Positions 33,200-45,750 of a DNA stretch of 64,000 bases are shown piece by piece (the first letter of the stretch is position 1; each line of letters begins with the position of its first letter). The DNA is taken from contig NW_005434631.1 in NCBI RefSeq assembly GCF_000315625.1, positions 314,169 through 378,168 on the forward strand, written 5' to 3'. Position numbers and translations under genes: made by a program. The notes beneath the pieces are model-generated. The model was not told where the DNA came from. It ran no database searches and saw only the letters and a program-made list of their open reading frames with translations. The stretch is from Guillardia theta CCMP2712 (taxonomy: Eukaryota; Protista; Cryptophyta).

Positions 33200-35161
33200 A
33201 CCAGCAGTTATGGATGATTCTACCGGAGTGAATGGATTGAAGTTATAGACCATGCAAACTGTTGTAAGTGTACGCTTGCTAACGATTTCAGTGTTGTTCT
33301 GATTAAGGTCACCTGACCTGGAATCACAGATCACATTGTATTGGTTGCAACTCTGTCTTCTGCTGTTCTGCCTCAACTCCTTACAGCCATCTTCAGCATT
33401 CATTCGTCTGCCATCACTGAAAAGTTGGCGGAATGAATTTGCAACGACGAAACAGGCAGAGAGGCAGGTTGCCATAGTCTCAGTCGCCTTGCGAAGGTTG
33501 TTGTTGGTCTTGTTGTCAGTCTGTGTGATGTCAAGTACTTGGACAGTCCAATATTGCTATCACCAGTCATCTCAGACACACCTTCTTCTTTTCACCGCCA
33601 TGGAAGGAGCGGCGGTGTGCGGGTGAGCTGCTAGATACATGCGAGCAGTGCAAGGACTGAGTCTTCCTGTTCTACCAGTTAAGCATGACATGGTCTCTGG
33701 ATAGAGATGGGATCCCCGAACTGCTCTACAGGGCAAAGAACGGTGAATGAAGTTATTCATGGTCTTTCCCTGCCTCTTCTGACCTCTCCAACCTCCAGAG
33801 ACCAAAATCTCCGATGAAATCTTCGCAATGACAGGTGAAAGGCACGGGATTGTCAAAGTATGTGATGCAGATGATGTCCGTGAAGAGATTCTTAAGGTAA
33901 CTTTCCAGGACCTTGGCCTTTACAATGGGACTCGTCTTGTAATCAAGAACAACGGAAATGTGACATGCTGAAATTGTTGACAACGTGATGTTTATTGAAT
34001 TTTCAAGGGTCCTGTGCTGAGCTATGGAAAGTCACTGTTTATCATCCCAGAGAGTTGGCGTGACAGGACGGAAGGGTGAGATAGTTTGTTATGCTGTCAT
34101 GATCGTTGTTGGTGTCACAATACAACTCTACTAGAGAAGTGAATCTGCACTCACCAGCTGTTCCTGTTCATGAGCTGTTTCTACATGTGAGAGACTTGAA
34201 CTTACAGGGTTGTCTGTGTGTCTGTGCGTGCGTGTCTGTGCTTGTAAAGACAAGTTTGGCAATGTTCACTTTGTGTCGCGACATCTTAACTGCTACGTTC
34301 AGATGCTCGCGAGATTATCTGATCAATTGGATGGAGAAGGTATACACACCTGTTTATACCTTCTCTCCTCGCCTCCTCATTCGCCCCCTTCATCCACTTG
34401 CCCCCAATGCCCAAGACTTGTGCGTGACGTAACTTGCAATAGAAAATCTCTTCCTGTCGTTCAGTGCGGATCTCCGGCCTTCCTGCCAAGTATCTTCTTG
34501 TTTGCAGTGAGCGCGGCTAAACTTGCCTGCTTGACAGCCTTGACATCGACGATTTTGCTGAGAGACTGAGGTGAGAAGGGGGCCGGCAGCGGTAAAGAGT
34601 AGGCTGATAGCTATCGTTCCTTCAGTAAGGAGTTTGACATTGGAGATCGAGAGCGTTCCTTGCATGCTGTTCGAAACAATGCTGGGGTATTCACGGTGAG
34701 GAGTTTTTCTCCATTTCCTTCCCTCTTGTTTTCTGTTTTTCTTCTCTTTTCGTTTCTTGCTCTTCTTGCTTCTTCCTTCCTCCTCGTTTTCATATTCTGC
34801 TTTCTTGACGGAACGCAGGGGATCCTGCTGGTAGAGACGAAGGATGCATCTTGTGCCGATCGGCTTTGCGCGTCTCTGGACAAGTAAGGTTCTGTTCGCC
34901 GGTGTTGAAAGTAATTCTGTGTTGCCATAGGACGTTTGTTCAAGGGCGGATCGTCAACGCCCACAAGCACTATCACTTGTCGAGGAGGAAGACATCGAGA
35001 GAGGTCGCTGTGAGTCGAGGGGATGACGAGACGGTCAATGACGTGGCGGTCAGAGCGACATGACGGCGTCTGAAAGATTCGGTTCCCTCTTGCAGAAGAT
35101 CGATGCGGCCCCGGATGATGAAAACATCAGCAACAAACTTGTTAGTCAACCTGCGGCTGCT

Positions 35162-35192
<31 letters not shown>

Positions 35193-35253
35193 ATGATGGT
35201 GATGACGATGATTGTGATTGTGATGACGATGGAGATGATGGAAATGATGATCA

Positions 35254-35300
<47 letters not shown>

Positions 35301-35937
35301 AACATATCATGGCAATGCCGACAACGACGATGTTGATGATGCGATTGTGTAGATCGAACTGGAAGAAGGGTTCAGCATGTTGCGACCGGATGTCTCACGT
35401 CGAGGGTTTTTGCTTGACCAATTTCAGTCAAACGCACAAGGTCAACTGCAAAACCATCAGCAATCTCTCAGCTCACCCCTTCTGCCAGTCGATCAAATCC
35501 TCGACGCTGCTGACGTCTCTGCCAAGACTGTTTGCAAGGTCCCTTCTCCTTCTCCTTCTCCTTCTCCTTCTCCTTCTCCTTCTCCTTCTCCTTCTCCTCC
35601 TCCTCCTCCCCTTCCTTCTCCCTCTTCCCTACCTCTTCTCCTCCGTTGCAGGAGCCTCAGAGGCCTAGTCCTTGTCCTTGTCCCTTGCTGTCGCTGCTTT
35701 CTTGGGATTGAGGTCTGCTGTGCAGATCATCAGTGACTTCGGGAAGAGGAAGAACATAGGCAAGGCCATGGCAGGTGAGGGAGGAGGGAGAGAGGGGAGA
35801 GGTTCAGGAGCAGGAGGGGAAAAAACAGGCAACTGACGGTCTGCAGTGTTCATTTGGATTGAGAGAAGTAAGTTGGATCCGAACCTCTTCCACTTCAACG
35901 CCATCATCAGGTCACTTTCTCTTCCTTTGCTGTTGCT

Positions 35938-35969
<32 letters not shown>

Positions 35970-37621
35970 ATCCTCCGATTTGTCGTCGTCCTCCTCTCTC
36001 GTCTCTTCTCTTTCTCTTTCTCTATCTCCGCGGGATTGCGCTTGTCTTGTTCTGCTTGCATGTCGGCTTTTCGTTTCTTACTTGTTATTCGTCTGCTCTC
36101 CAGCGCATGTGAAAAGTCAGGGTACTGGTACACTGCGCTCCTCCTCCTCGCCGAAGTCCGCACCAGGTGATTTAGTTGCTGCTGCTGTCTATGTCCTCCC
36201 TCGCTACTTCCTGACAGGAAAGTGTAGGAGAATTCGACCAGATACCATCACATACAGCACGCTGATCAGGTGAAGGAGGAGGAGGAAGCAGAGATAGGAG
36301 GAAGGGAAGAGAGCAGAAGGAGGGAGGGAGGGAGGGAGGGAGGGAGGAGGGAGGGAGGAGGAAGGGAGGAGGAAGGGAGGAGGGAGGAGGAAGGGATGTT
36401 TGATTGAAGGATGTGCAGCGCATGCGGGAAGGGGAAGCGAAGTGATCTGGCACTGCAGCTCTTTGAGGAAATGAAGAAGAACAGGTACTTGTAAGAAGAG
36501 GCGGAAACAAGAGGGGAAGGAGGAGACGTGAAGATATCTTGCAGTTGTGGTTTTCCTGTTTGCGAGTCAGGAAACGTAGTAAATGGGGCAGATGAATGCA
36601 AGGGCAAGCANNNNNNNNNNNNNNNNNNNNNNNNNNNNNNNNNNNNNNNNNNNNNNNNNNNNNNNNNNNNNNNNNNNNNNNNNNNNNNNNNNNNNNNNNN
36701 NNNNNNNNNNAGCACGAGGGGACCGATGCATGCAAGTGGGAGCAAGCAGAAGCGCGATAATGGGATTGCAGCAACGATCAAGTAGAAAGTGGGGCAGGAC
36801 AGCAAGGAGGAGGAAGAGAAGGATAGGAAGGAGGAGGAAGAGAAGGACAGACCGGTCTCACTGTTTGCTTCCCTTGCAGCTTGATGTCAGCATATGCCAC
36901 AGCCGGCAACATCCACAAGACGCGAGAGGTTTTTGCTATTCTCTGACCTCCACCTGCTCTTCGTCCTCCTTCGATCCCATCCTCCCCCCCTCTGCTCTCT
37001 CGCATGCCCTCCCTCTCCTACCCTCTCATTGTTTCTTGCAGGTTTTTGACAGTTGCAAGGAGAAATCTCCTGCTCTCCTCCTAGCATTCTACCACGAGCT
37101 CATACGATCCTGTCACAACGAGGTCTTGAACCTCCCCCCTTCGCTCCTCCTCCTCCTCCTCCTCCTGATCTTTGCCCCTTTCTCCCCATCCTCCTCTTCC
37201 TCCTCAATTTACGTGGACCTCCTAGTCCATGTTCTCACTCGCTCACAGGGCGACTACAAAACAGCCATCTCCTACTTAGAACAATTCGAGGTCCAACCAC
37301 CCTCCCTCCTCCTCTCCCCTCCTCCTCCTCTCCTCCTCCTCCCTTCCTCCTCCTCCCCTCTTCCCTTACCTTCTCGCTCTGAGTAAGCAGCAGCGAGAGG
37401 GCGGCAAACCCATTGAGTACACCTATACTCTTCTCGCCTCCGTCTGCAACCAGGCTAACCGACCAGATCTAGCCGACAAGGTGCGAACCTGCTGCTGCTG
37501 CTGCTCCTCCTCCTCCTCCTCCTTGCGTCTCTCTCTCTCGCTCGTTCGCTCTCTACTTACGGATCCCTCACAGTATACTTCAATGTCGCAAGAAGTATCC
37601 AAGATGAATAATGCGAAATGA
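33200..37621 (+). CDS. Pentatricopeptide-repeat (PPR) protein, many small exons, spans a gap; 5' extent uncertain
   Basis: Exon pieces IISDFGKRKNIGKAMA-VFIWIERSKLDPNLFHFNAII-SACEKSG, RRIRPDTITYSTLI, AFYHELIRSC, PIEYTYTLLASVCNQANRPDLA. Terminal exon ends TGA at 37619-37621. Confidence 0.6.
35157..35299. repeat. Compound intronic microsatellite (GCT)n-(GAT)n-(TCCTCG)n
   Basis: Read directly. (TTCTCC)n at ~35544-35597 and (TCCTCG)n at ~35940-35968 lie in neighbouring introns. Confidence 0.9.
36611..36710. other. Assembly gap (100 N)
   Basis: Run of N. Confidence 1.
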
Positions 37622-37758
37622 AGATTTTGACGTAGCACAAGCGAAATTTCATAAGGCGAGAACAAACACGCAACAAACCAACATCTCCTCCTCCTCCTCC
37701 TCCTCCTCCTTCTCCTCCTTGCTCGCTTGCCTACACCACCTCTCGGCTTCACTCCTGT

Positions 37759-39951
37759 TCACAGCTTGAGCGCCTGTATCCTCTCTCTACGGAAGTCACT
37801 TCTTCGCATCATCGCCTTCCTCACTTCGTCGGCCGTCAGCCTCCACATCACACTCGCTCCCCCCGACGTGTCGCCCCACCCGTAGTCGAAGATTTCCTTG
37901 GGCTCCCCGAGGTTCAGCACTAGCCCCAGCTGCGACAGCCGCGTGAACTGATCCCTCACCGTCCTCTGCGTCAGAGTCGAGCAGAAGCCCGTCAGAGCTC
38001 GCAGGTCCTTGTCGAACTGCATCGCCCCCATCGCGCTGAAGCTGCTAGGCTTCTTACCCAGCACGAGGCGCTCGAGGGGGGGGACGACGTGCTGGCTGAC
38101 GATGGCGAGGACGAGCATGTCGAAGCAGGAGGAGTTGAGCTCCATGCGGAAGGGCTGCAACGTGCTCTCGAGCGTGGAGATGAGCTCGACGACGGCAGCG
38201 CTCTCGCAGAAGACAGCCTCTTGCGTCTCGTAATCCGTGCTCTGCAGCAGGTTGATAGCTGGGCTCAGGAATCTGTCCAGCAGGGCTGCGAGGCGTTCGA
38301 TCGCATCGCTGAGGGACTTCGCAAGGATATGTCCAGCTGTGGCAAGCTCCGACATGCACTCCCTGGCCTTGTCCTCCTCCTTCCTCATTGCCCCGCGGTA
38401 GACTTGCTTGATCTCAGCCTCCAGCTGGTGGTGCAGTTTCCGGATGTTGTTCGCCGACACCTCGAGGTTGTTGTAGCAGGTCCCGTCGAAGATCTCCGCC
38501 ACCTGCCTGCGCGACAAGCTCGCCACCTGCTCGCCTACCGTCGTCCCCGCCAGTAGGTTGGCCAGCCCTCCTGACAGCTGCATCCCTCCCGAGCGATCCG
38601 TCGCCGCCAGCATGGCCTCGAGCGCCTCTTTGTAGGTGGTGACCAGCATGCTGTGGGCGTACATGATGACGTCACCCATGGCGTTGAGGCTGGAGGTCGC
38701 CAACGCTCTGCGGGAGCACTTCTTGAGGACGAAGAAGACCTCGTCGACGAGAGCAGAGACCAGCGTCTCGTCGTCTCGCTCTCTGCTCTTGATCGCCTTC
38801 TCAACGGAGTAGCGCATGAACGTCTCCTCCAGCGCGATGTAGCCGCTGATCAGCTCAGCCTTCTTCACCTCAACGATGGTGACGCGAGGGAGCTCAAAGT
38901 GATCGTCGACATGTGGTCGCACTTGCTTGTCCCCATGCGAGGAGGGAGGAGGCGCTCGCGCCTTGGCCACCATGAACCAGTTGAACTGCTCGATACGCTG
39001 CAAGCACAGCGAGATCTCCTCGAGCAGGACGTCCAGCTCTAGAGCTACCTTCTTCTCCAGCTGCTGCTGGTCTCGATACTTCCTGACGAGCGACGCGATG
39101 TTCCTTCGACTGAAGATCAACTCCAGCACCTCCGCGATGCTCGGAGCCGCCTTCGTGTAGAGGGCAGTCACGAGCTGGGATCGAGCTTGATCCCCGAAGC
39201 TCTCCTTCACCACCTGCTCTCCTTCTGTCGTCGCGCGTGCAACGACGTCAAGGATACTAGTAAGGCACTTGGCAAAGAGCGCGACGTTCCCTCCCGTAGC
39301 TCCCAGCGCTAGTACGTTCTTGAGCTGCAGGATCTGTTCCTGAGCTCCTGCCTCGACTCTCCTCGCCAGGAACTGCGTGAGGCGCGAGATACCTTCCTCG
39401 ATCAGCCCGACCTGCCCCATGAGCTTGCAGAACCTCACGACTCCCTGCTGGTCGTTGCTCTCCGTCGCTGCCTGACTTCTCTGCCTTACAATCTGCCGGA
39501 GCTCTTCTAGCGATCTCTTCAAGCTCTGCAGCGCCGCTTCCTCGGTCTTGGAGTCCTCGGGCTCCACATGGAGGTACCGCTGGATGGACGTGGCCGCGAG
39601 CTCCCAGTTCTCGTTCACCATGGCCGTCGCCACATCGTCCACACAAGTTTTCAGGCCCACAATGTCGACAGTTCGCTCCAGGGCCTTCCTCGTGTTCGCC
39701 TGCGCTGTGTCCAGGATGCGCACGCTCTCCACAACCTGCTGGACGATGTTGCTCGAGTCCTTGAGCCTCCCAGCAAGGTTGTCTGCCTCTGTCCGCAGCT
39801 CCGCCACCAGAGGACGCAGGCTCCTTTTGGACAGGATCCCACTCTCGATCTCCTCGCCATGGGCCACCAAGTTCTTGAGGCTCGAGGCGGAAAACTCAGC
39901 CTTTTCTTGCAGCTCACGCAGCTGCATCTCCATAGCAGCGATAGTCGTCAT
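37759..39951 (-). CDS. COG4: Conserved oligomeric Golgi complex subunit 4, single exon
   Basis: 730-aa ORF with VRILDTAQ, VVRFCKL...EEGI, LVDEVFFVLKKCSRRAL, FSAMGAMQFDKDLRAL, VRDQFTRLSQ, WRLTADEVRKAM..RSDF. Confidence 0.92.
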   Translation of the reverse strand: MTTIAAMEMQLRELQEKAEFSASSLKNLVAHGEEIESGILSKRSLRPLVAELRTEADNLAGRLKDSSNIVQQVVESVRILDTAQANTRKALERTVDIVGLKTCVDDVATAMVNENWELAATSIQRYLHVEPEDSKTEEAALQSLKRSLEELRQIVRQRSQAATESNDQQGVVRFCKLMGQVGLIEEGISRLTQFLARRVEAGAQEQILQLKNVLALGATGGNVALFAKCLTSILDVVARATTEGEQVVKESFGDQARSQLVTALYTKAAPSIAEVLELIFSRRNIASLVRKYRDQQQLEKKVALELDVLLEEISLCLQRIEQFNWFMVAKARAPPPSSHGDKQVRPHVDDHFELPRVTIVEVKKAELISGYIALEETFMRYSVEKAIKSRERDDETLVSALVDEVFFVLKKCSRRALATSSLNAMGDVIMYAHSMLVTTYKEALEAMLAATDRSGGMQLSGGLANLLAGTTVGEQVASLSRRQVAEIFDGTCYNNLEVSANNIRKLHHQLEAEIKQVYRGAMRKEEDKARECMSELATAGHILAKSLSDAIERLAALLDRFLSPAINLLQSTDYETQEAVFCESAAVVELISTLESTLQPFRMELNSSCFDMLVLAIVSQHVVPPLERLVLGKKPSSFSAMGAMQFDKDLRALTGFCSTLTQRTVRDQFTRLSQLGLVLNLGEPKEIFDYGWGDTSGGASVMWRLTADEVRKAMMRRSDFRRERIQALKL

Positions 39952-40523
39952 GGCGAACTCACAACAGATCGATCACAACAAGCGAAGGACCTCAGCTGTC
40001 ATGCCACTCGGGATGCAGAAGTTTCAGCCCAACGAAGAGATTTGCCTGCATGGCGAGTCAGAAGGGGATCAAGAACCGGCCTGCCAAAAGCGAGTCTAGG
40101 AAGGAGATACACAAACGACATCATTTTCCACAAGTGCTGTTTCTTTTCTGTTCATGTTTGATACATGGCTGTTTCTACATCTACCTTTGACAAATGGCTG
40201 TTTCTACATCTACCTCTCACAAATGGCTGTTTCAAGCTTTAAAGGATGAAGGAGAATCCAATGAAGATACTTCCCTCCATCTTATGTCTATCCCTCTGAC
40301 TTTGCTCTCTCACTCTTCTTCCTGGATTCTTCTTTCTCTCGGTCTACCTCCTGTCTCTCATCTTCCTCTTCTCCTCCTCCTCTCCCTCCCTCCCTCCCTC
40401 CCTCCCTCCTCCTCTTCTCTTCTCTCCCCCTCCCTCTCCATGTCACCGCCAGCAGCTCCAGCGAGGCGAAGAAAACCGAGAAAGAGGGCGATGATCTCAG
40501 CGATGGGATGAGGGTGATGATAT

Positions 40524-42500
40524 GTGCTGGATGAGGGGCAGTACTGGTGTGAGCGGGGACGAGGTCCACACTTTGCCGGCATGCGGGGTTGGGGGCGGAT
40601 CGGGGAGCTTGGGAGGAAGATGGCAGGAACGAGTAGCGAGATCAGGGAGAGCAGAGGAGAGGAGGAGGGAGACCAAGAAGCAGCGGCGCGGGTGGCCGAT
40701 GGGCTTGACAGGCTGATGAAGCTCATGGAGGACGAGGGGAGGGAGCAGGTGCAGGAAATGGCCGAGGACGTCAGGAGGGAATGTTGGGAGAAGCTGGAGA
40801 ATGGCGGGGGATGGCCGAATGTGGGGTGGAGGGAGGCTTACGTCTTTGCACTGCTCGTCCTCGCGGACACTTGCATGCACAAGTACAAGCGAGCTGGGCA
40901 GGAGGAGAAGGACGGAAGCCTTCCGCGAGCAGCTCTCCAGCATTTGGACTTCGCGCTGATCATGGGAGGCAACAACGTCTACTCCATAGCTAACGACATG
41001 ATCAACAAGATCGAGAGCGATGAGAGCGTCAGCCTTAAGAGCTCTGCGCAACCAGCAAGTGAAGAGGAGGAAGGACACTGTTTCGTGCAGGAAACGCTCC
41101 CCAGGCATGCCCCGCAGATTCAGGAGGAGAGAGCAGTGAAGAGGGTGGCGAGCATCTCGGTCAAAGACTTTAAGCAAGAGTTCTTCAAGAAGGATCTCCC
41201 CGTCATCATCACCGGCGTCATGGATGGTTGGCCCGCCTTGAGGTTGTGGAGAGACCTGAGGTATCTCAGAGACAAGTTTGGCCATCGAACTGTCCCGGTG
41301 CGGGCATGCCTCCCCTCCTCCCCTCCTCCCCTCCTCCCCTCCTCCCTCCTCCCTCCTCCCTCCTCCCTCCTCCCCTCCTCCCCTCCTCCCCTCCTCCCCT
41401 CCTCCCCTCCCCTCCCCTCCTCCCCTCCCCTCCTCCTCCCCTCCTCCCCTGCCAGAAGAGTGACCCGCTGCAGGTCGAGCTTGGAAGGATAGCAGGAGGA
41501 CAGAAGCTGGACGGGTGGCGAGAGGAGGCGATGCTCATGGAGAGGCTGATTAGCGAGTACCTGATCCCCTCCAACATTGCCTGTCTCAAGGAGCAGTCGA
41601 TGGACGACAAGGACGTGGCGTACCTTGCTCAGCATGCTCTCTTCGATCAGGTGACTTGCCAGCCGTTGCTCCCCTCCTCTCCCAGCTGGGGCCTCAGCAC
41701 AAGCCCGGCACAAGACTGACATGCCTGGTGCAGCTCACACAGCTCCAGAAGGACTTCGAGGTGCCGGAATACTGCGAGTGCGGGGCAGTGGAGGGGATGA
41801 ACGCGTGGCTGGGGACAGCAGGGACTGTGACGCCGCTGCATCACGACTCGGCAGACAACATTCTTGCTCAAGCCGTGGGATACAAATACAGTGAGGAGAG
41901 GAGACGCAAGGAGGGGAGGGAGAGGGGGAAGCATTGCCGGGATGGAAGGAGATGAGAGGAGGAGGAGTCGATGATGACATTCATATATTGATCAGTTCGC
42001 TTGTACCACCCACAAGAGACTCGAAATCTCTACGTCAACAAGTCAGGGAGGCAATCCCGTAGCTAGCACTGTATGTGAACTGAAGACTCTCGACAGGGGA
42101 GATAGCATTGGCTTGCAAGGCAACATAAGTCCCGTGAGTTCTTGTTCTCCTGTTGATTCTCTTCCTCGCCTCGTCCACTCCCTCCTCCTCTGCCCCTTAC
42201 GCCTCAAGTTGCTTTGACTGTCCCCGGGCAGGTCAACTGCGAATTTCCGGATTTCGATCGCTTCCCGCTCCTGCAGCAGGCGAACTACGAAGAGGCTATC
42301 TTGAGACCTGGTGAAGGAAAACGGGAAGGAGGGAGGGAGAGAGTTGGATGGGATCGGAGGAAAGGAGGAGGGAGAGGGGCCGTCGAGTCTGATCGCTGAG
42401 CCTGACGGCGTTGGCAGGGGACATGCTGTTCATCCCCTCGAAGCACTGGCACTACGTGCGGTCTCTGACGCCGTCCTTCTCCGTCAACTTCTGGTTCTAG
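40524..42500 (+). CDS. KDM8: JmjC (cupin_8) 2-oxoglutarate oxygenase, JMJD5/KDM8-like, multi-exon; start uncertain
   Basis: [49 protein letters not shown] (HxD), [32 protein letters not shown]-terminal WEKL..G.W..V.WREAY and LDFALIMGG also fit JMJD5. Confidence 0.85.
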
Positions 42501-42552
42501 ACGAGCAGAGAGAAGGAGGAGGACAAGGACGAGGAGGAGGGCAACTGAAAAC

Positions 42553-44459
42553 TCATGACCTTCTCCTCTTCCTGTTGGAGCGCTTCTTGCCAATGGGGTC
42601 CAGGATTTCTTCCACTAGATCGACACCAACCTGTAAAGCACAAATGAAGGAAAGAACTTGACAGGTGGAGAGGAGGAGGAGACAGAAGGTGAGCGGGAAT
42701 GAAACAGAGAATGCAAAGAGGAAAGGAGGGCCAGTGCGAGGAGGAAAAGGAACAAAAGGGTGAGGGAGCTTTCTAACCTCAGGATCCATCGGAACATCAA
42801 AAATGACAATCTCCTCATCGTTGACCTGCATGATATGAGAAAGAGGAGGAGGAAGATACAGGAGGAGCAGGAGAATGAAGGAGGGAGAGGCTAGGAGGAA
42901 GAACGACAGTGAGGTACCTTGTAGTTCATCGCCTCTTCGAGAGTCACGTGTCCTCCCTCTCGCACTCCTCCCCTCCTTCGCCTTCCCCTCGTCATGATGG
43001 AGCCCAGGGAGGAGGATGGTCGAGCGATCGCGTCCATAGCCGTCAAACTCCCGATCGTCAACATCCCTCGGAGCGCAAACCTCGCGGCAGTGAGGAGGAA
43101 GCCGTCAAAGAGAGGAGGAGGAGGGGGAGAAGCGACTCGCTTGTCATCCCTCCGCAACCACGATAGCGAGGCGACATCCATGCTGTGCCGTCTCACCTCC
43201 CCCGGCGTTGTGAGAGCTCCGATGCCCGCGTAGAGGAGGAGGTAAGTCAGGTTGGTGTGCTCCTCCTCCCGTGATGCTCGCATGATGTTCCAAAAGTCAA
43301 GGACGGGAACCTGCCAAGAGAACGAGGAGGATGTGAGGACACGCGAGCTCGGGCGGGGGCGAGAGCAGGGACGAAGGATTCAGACGAAGGATAGGAAGGG
43401 CAGGATCAGAGGAAGGCAGGGCAAGAGGAGGGAGTGGGGCACCTGCTCGAGGATAGAGATGACTATATCCTGAACGAAGAACGAAGACTGGCTGGCGCCC
43501 CTACTCCCTCCTCGCAACATCAGACGCGAGAGTTGGCCGACTGTGTTGGTGACTGTGGAGAGAAAGAAGAGAGGAAAAATTCTATTGACATGACTCCAAG
43601 TCACTGAAAGCCAAGTCAGCCTCAAACCCACGCTGCCTCCTGAACCTCCTCGACTTCACCTCCTTGTTTCTGCATCATCGCAGGCCACGCGAGGTTCCTT
43701 GCAAGAATCGGATGCAGTGCCATGCAGACACCAAAGCCAACGGCAGAGGCAACACAGTTACTTGTACTTCCTTCCATCAGTCTGAAAGTTGCCAACATCA
43801 CGTCATCAGATGTGCCATCATGCTCAAAACCTCTCCCTCCTCCCTCCTCCCTCCTCCCTCCTCTGGCCCTCGTTCTTTCCTCCTCTCTAGAACCTCTTGG
43901 CCGGCTCGACTTGGCTCACCTTGGCAGGACCTGAGCAAGAGGAAGGGGAACACGGACTGTCTTGATGACGTTCTTCTCTCGGATCGGTCGACCTCTCTTG
44001 TCCAACAGCTCCACAGCTGTTGTCCTCAAGCTCTCCAGATGACCGTCATGTCGCAGAGCCAGGTTGAGGTTGCGCAGCGGGTACCTGGCACACCTCTCAG
44101 CCTTTGACCTGTACCAGCTCCGCCCTCTTACGTCGCCATGCTGGCGATGCCGAACGCCAAGGTCCCTCGCGCGAGGCGAGAGGCGCCGCCTGCGAGAGCC
44201 TTCGAGCACCAGGGGGGATCTTGGTCGCACTCCTCGCTATGCTGATCGAGAATTCACCCAAGGGAGGCGAGCAGCAGGGACCTCACCAGACGAAGAGACT
44301 TCGCGCTGTGAGAGCTCAACAGCAGAAAGAATAAGCACAAGACGCTTGTCCTTGTGAGACAAGCCATCTGGAGGAGGAGTCTTTACGATGGACGACCAAC
44401 AGAGATCAGCTACCAAGAAAACAAACAAATCAGATCAGAGTTCATCATGTCTGTGTTTG

Positions 44460-44491
<32 letters not shown>

Positions 44492-44544
44492 CTCATTTCA
44501 TCAATCTTTTCGTCCGAAAGATGGAGGAGCAACCCTTGAGCCAT
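42553..44544 (-). CDS. Hypothetical multi-exon protein (possible F-box-like motif)
   Basis: Coding-like exons flanked by GT/AG on the minus strand (e.g. DIVISILEQ-VPVLDFWNIMRASR; VNDEEIVIFDVPMDPE; basic C-terminus). Family not recognised, and it may be more than one gene. Confidence 0.4.
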
Positions 44545-45750
44545 TGGCAACCTTCCCTCCTCATTCTTCCTCACTCAAGCCATCTGGGAACAACTTTCTG
44601 AGATCCCTCTCTCGATGTTGTCTGATACAGGCACTGCTCTCGCATCGGGATCCTCACCATCCTCTTCCTCTAGCCTCTCAGCGCTGCCTCCTCCCTTCTT
44701 TCCCGCATTTCTCCCTCCTGCACATCATCACCGCCTTCTAGTATCTGCTCAGGTCAGAGCAGATACTAGAGTGACCTCGCCCTTCACTTCTCGCTCCTCC
44801 TCCTCTGCCGCCATCCCCTTGCACGTTCACGCTTAAATCTCGAAACATTTCCGCATGAGCAGGTATGAGGGGGATGAGTCGCACTGGTGCCGGGCCCGGG
44901 CCCGGGCCCGGATGTCAGGCCCGCCGGCCACCCACACTGAGTCTGTGAGAGCCGGGTGACGCGCCCGTGTTCTGGATTTTCCATGGAAGGGGTTGTCGTG
45001 TAGGGGTGGGTGGTACTGGAAAAGGGGTGATAATAAGTGTTTGAGGGGTGGGGTATTCCAGACGGGTATATGTTGGAAAGAGGGGGTGGTGTATTTACCT
45101 TGCTGCACAAAGGGGTGACTCCGAGCAGAGGTGTTGGGAAAACATGGGGGGTGGTGATCATAGGAGGGGTGATGAGTAGGAGGTGATAGGGGTATTCTGA
45201 AACGAGGTAGGGTAGTGCCTTGCTGGCATGTTGTCCAAAAAAAAAGGGGGAGAGTTGATAAATTCAACATTTGTGTGTAGAGGTTAAATTATAAGGTAAA
45301 AAATTGATATTTTCAGATTAAATTTTAAACAATATTGAAGATCAACGTGTCCAAACCCTCTTTCGGAAAAATCATCCAATCAGATGGAGCGAAATGCACG
45401 CTCAGGTTAGGATGTAGTGAAGGTGGCAGGTGGGCGAAGTCAGAGCAGAGCAGAGTCGGTGTAGATGAAGCTCGAGCATCGAGAAGATCCCAAGGCGTGA
45501 GATCTTGGCAGAGGGCATGTTCGCACTGGCCTTGAGAACACTGGGAGATATTGAAACTGCTTCTTACTTCTCTTGCCTCCCCTTACTTCCTCTTCCCTCT
45601 CCCGCCCTTCCCCCTTCAATGTGGCAGACAAAAGTTTTCTCACATGATCGTAACAGGTGTCCCAGGGATAGGAGTTGTTGGTTTGACCAGGAGCGGAGGG
45701 CCCAGCCGAAGTGAAGAGCTTGGTTGAATCATTGAACTTCAGTCAAGACC

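Noticed and set aside
38009-40161. Plus-strand ORFs overlapping COG4
   Set aside because: Antisense shadow ORFs caused by high GC3.
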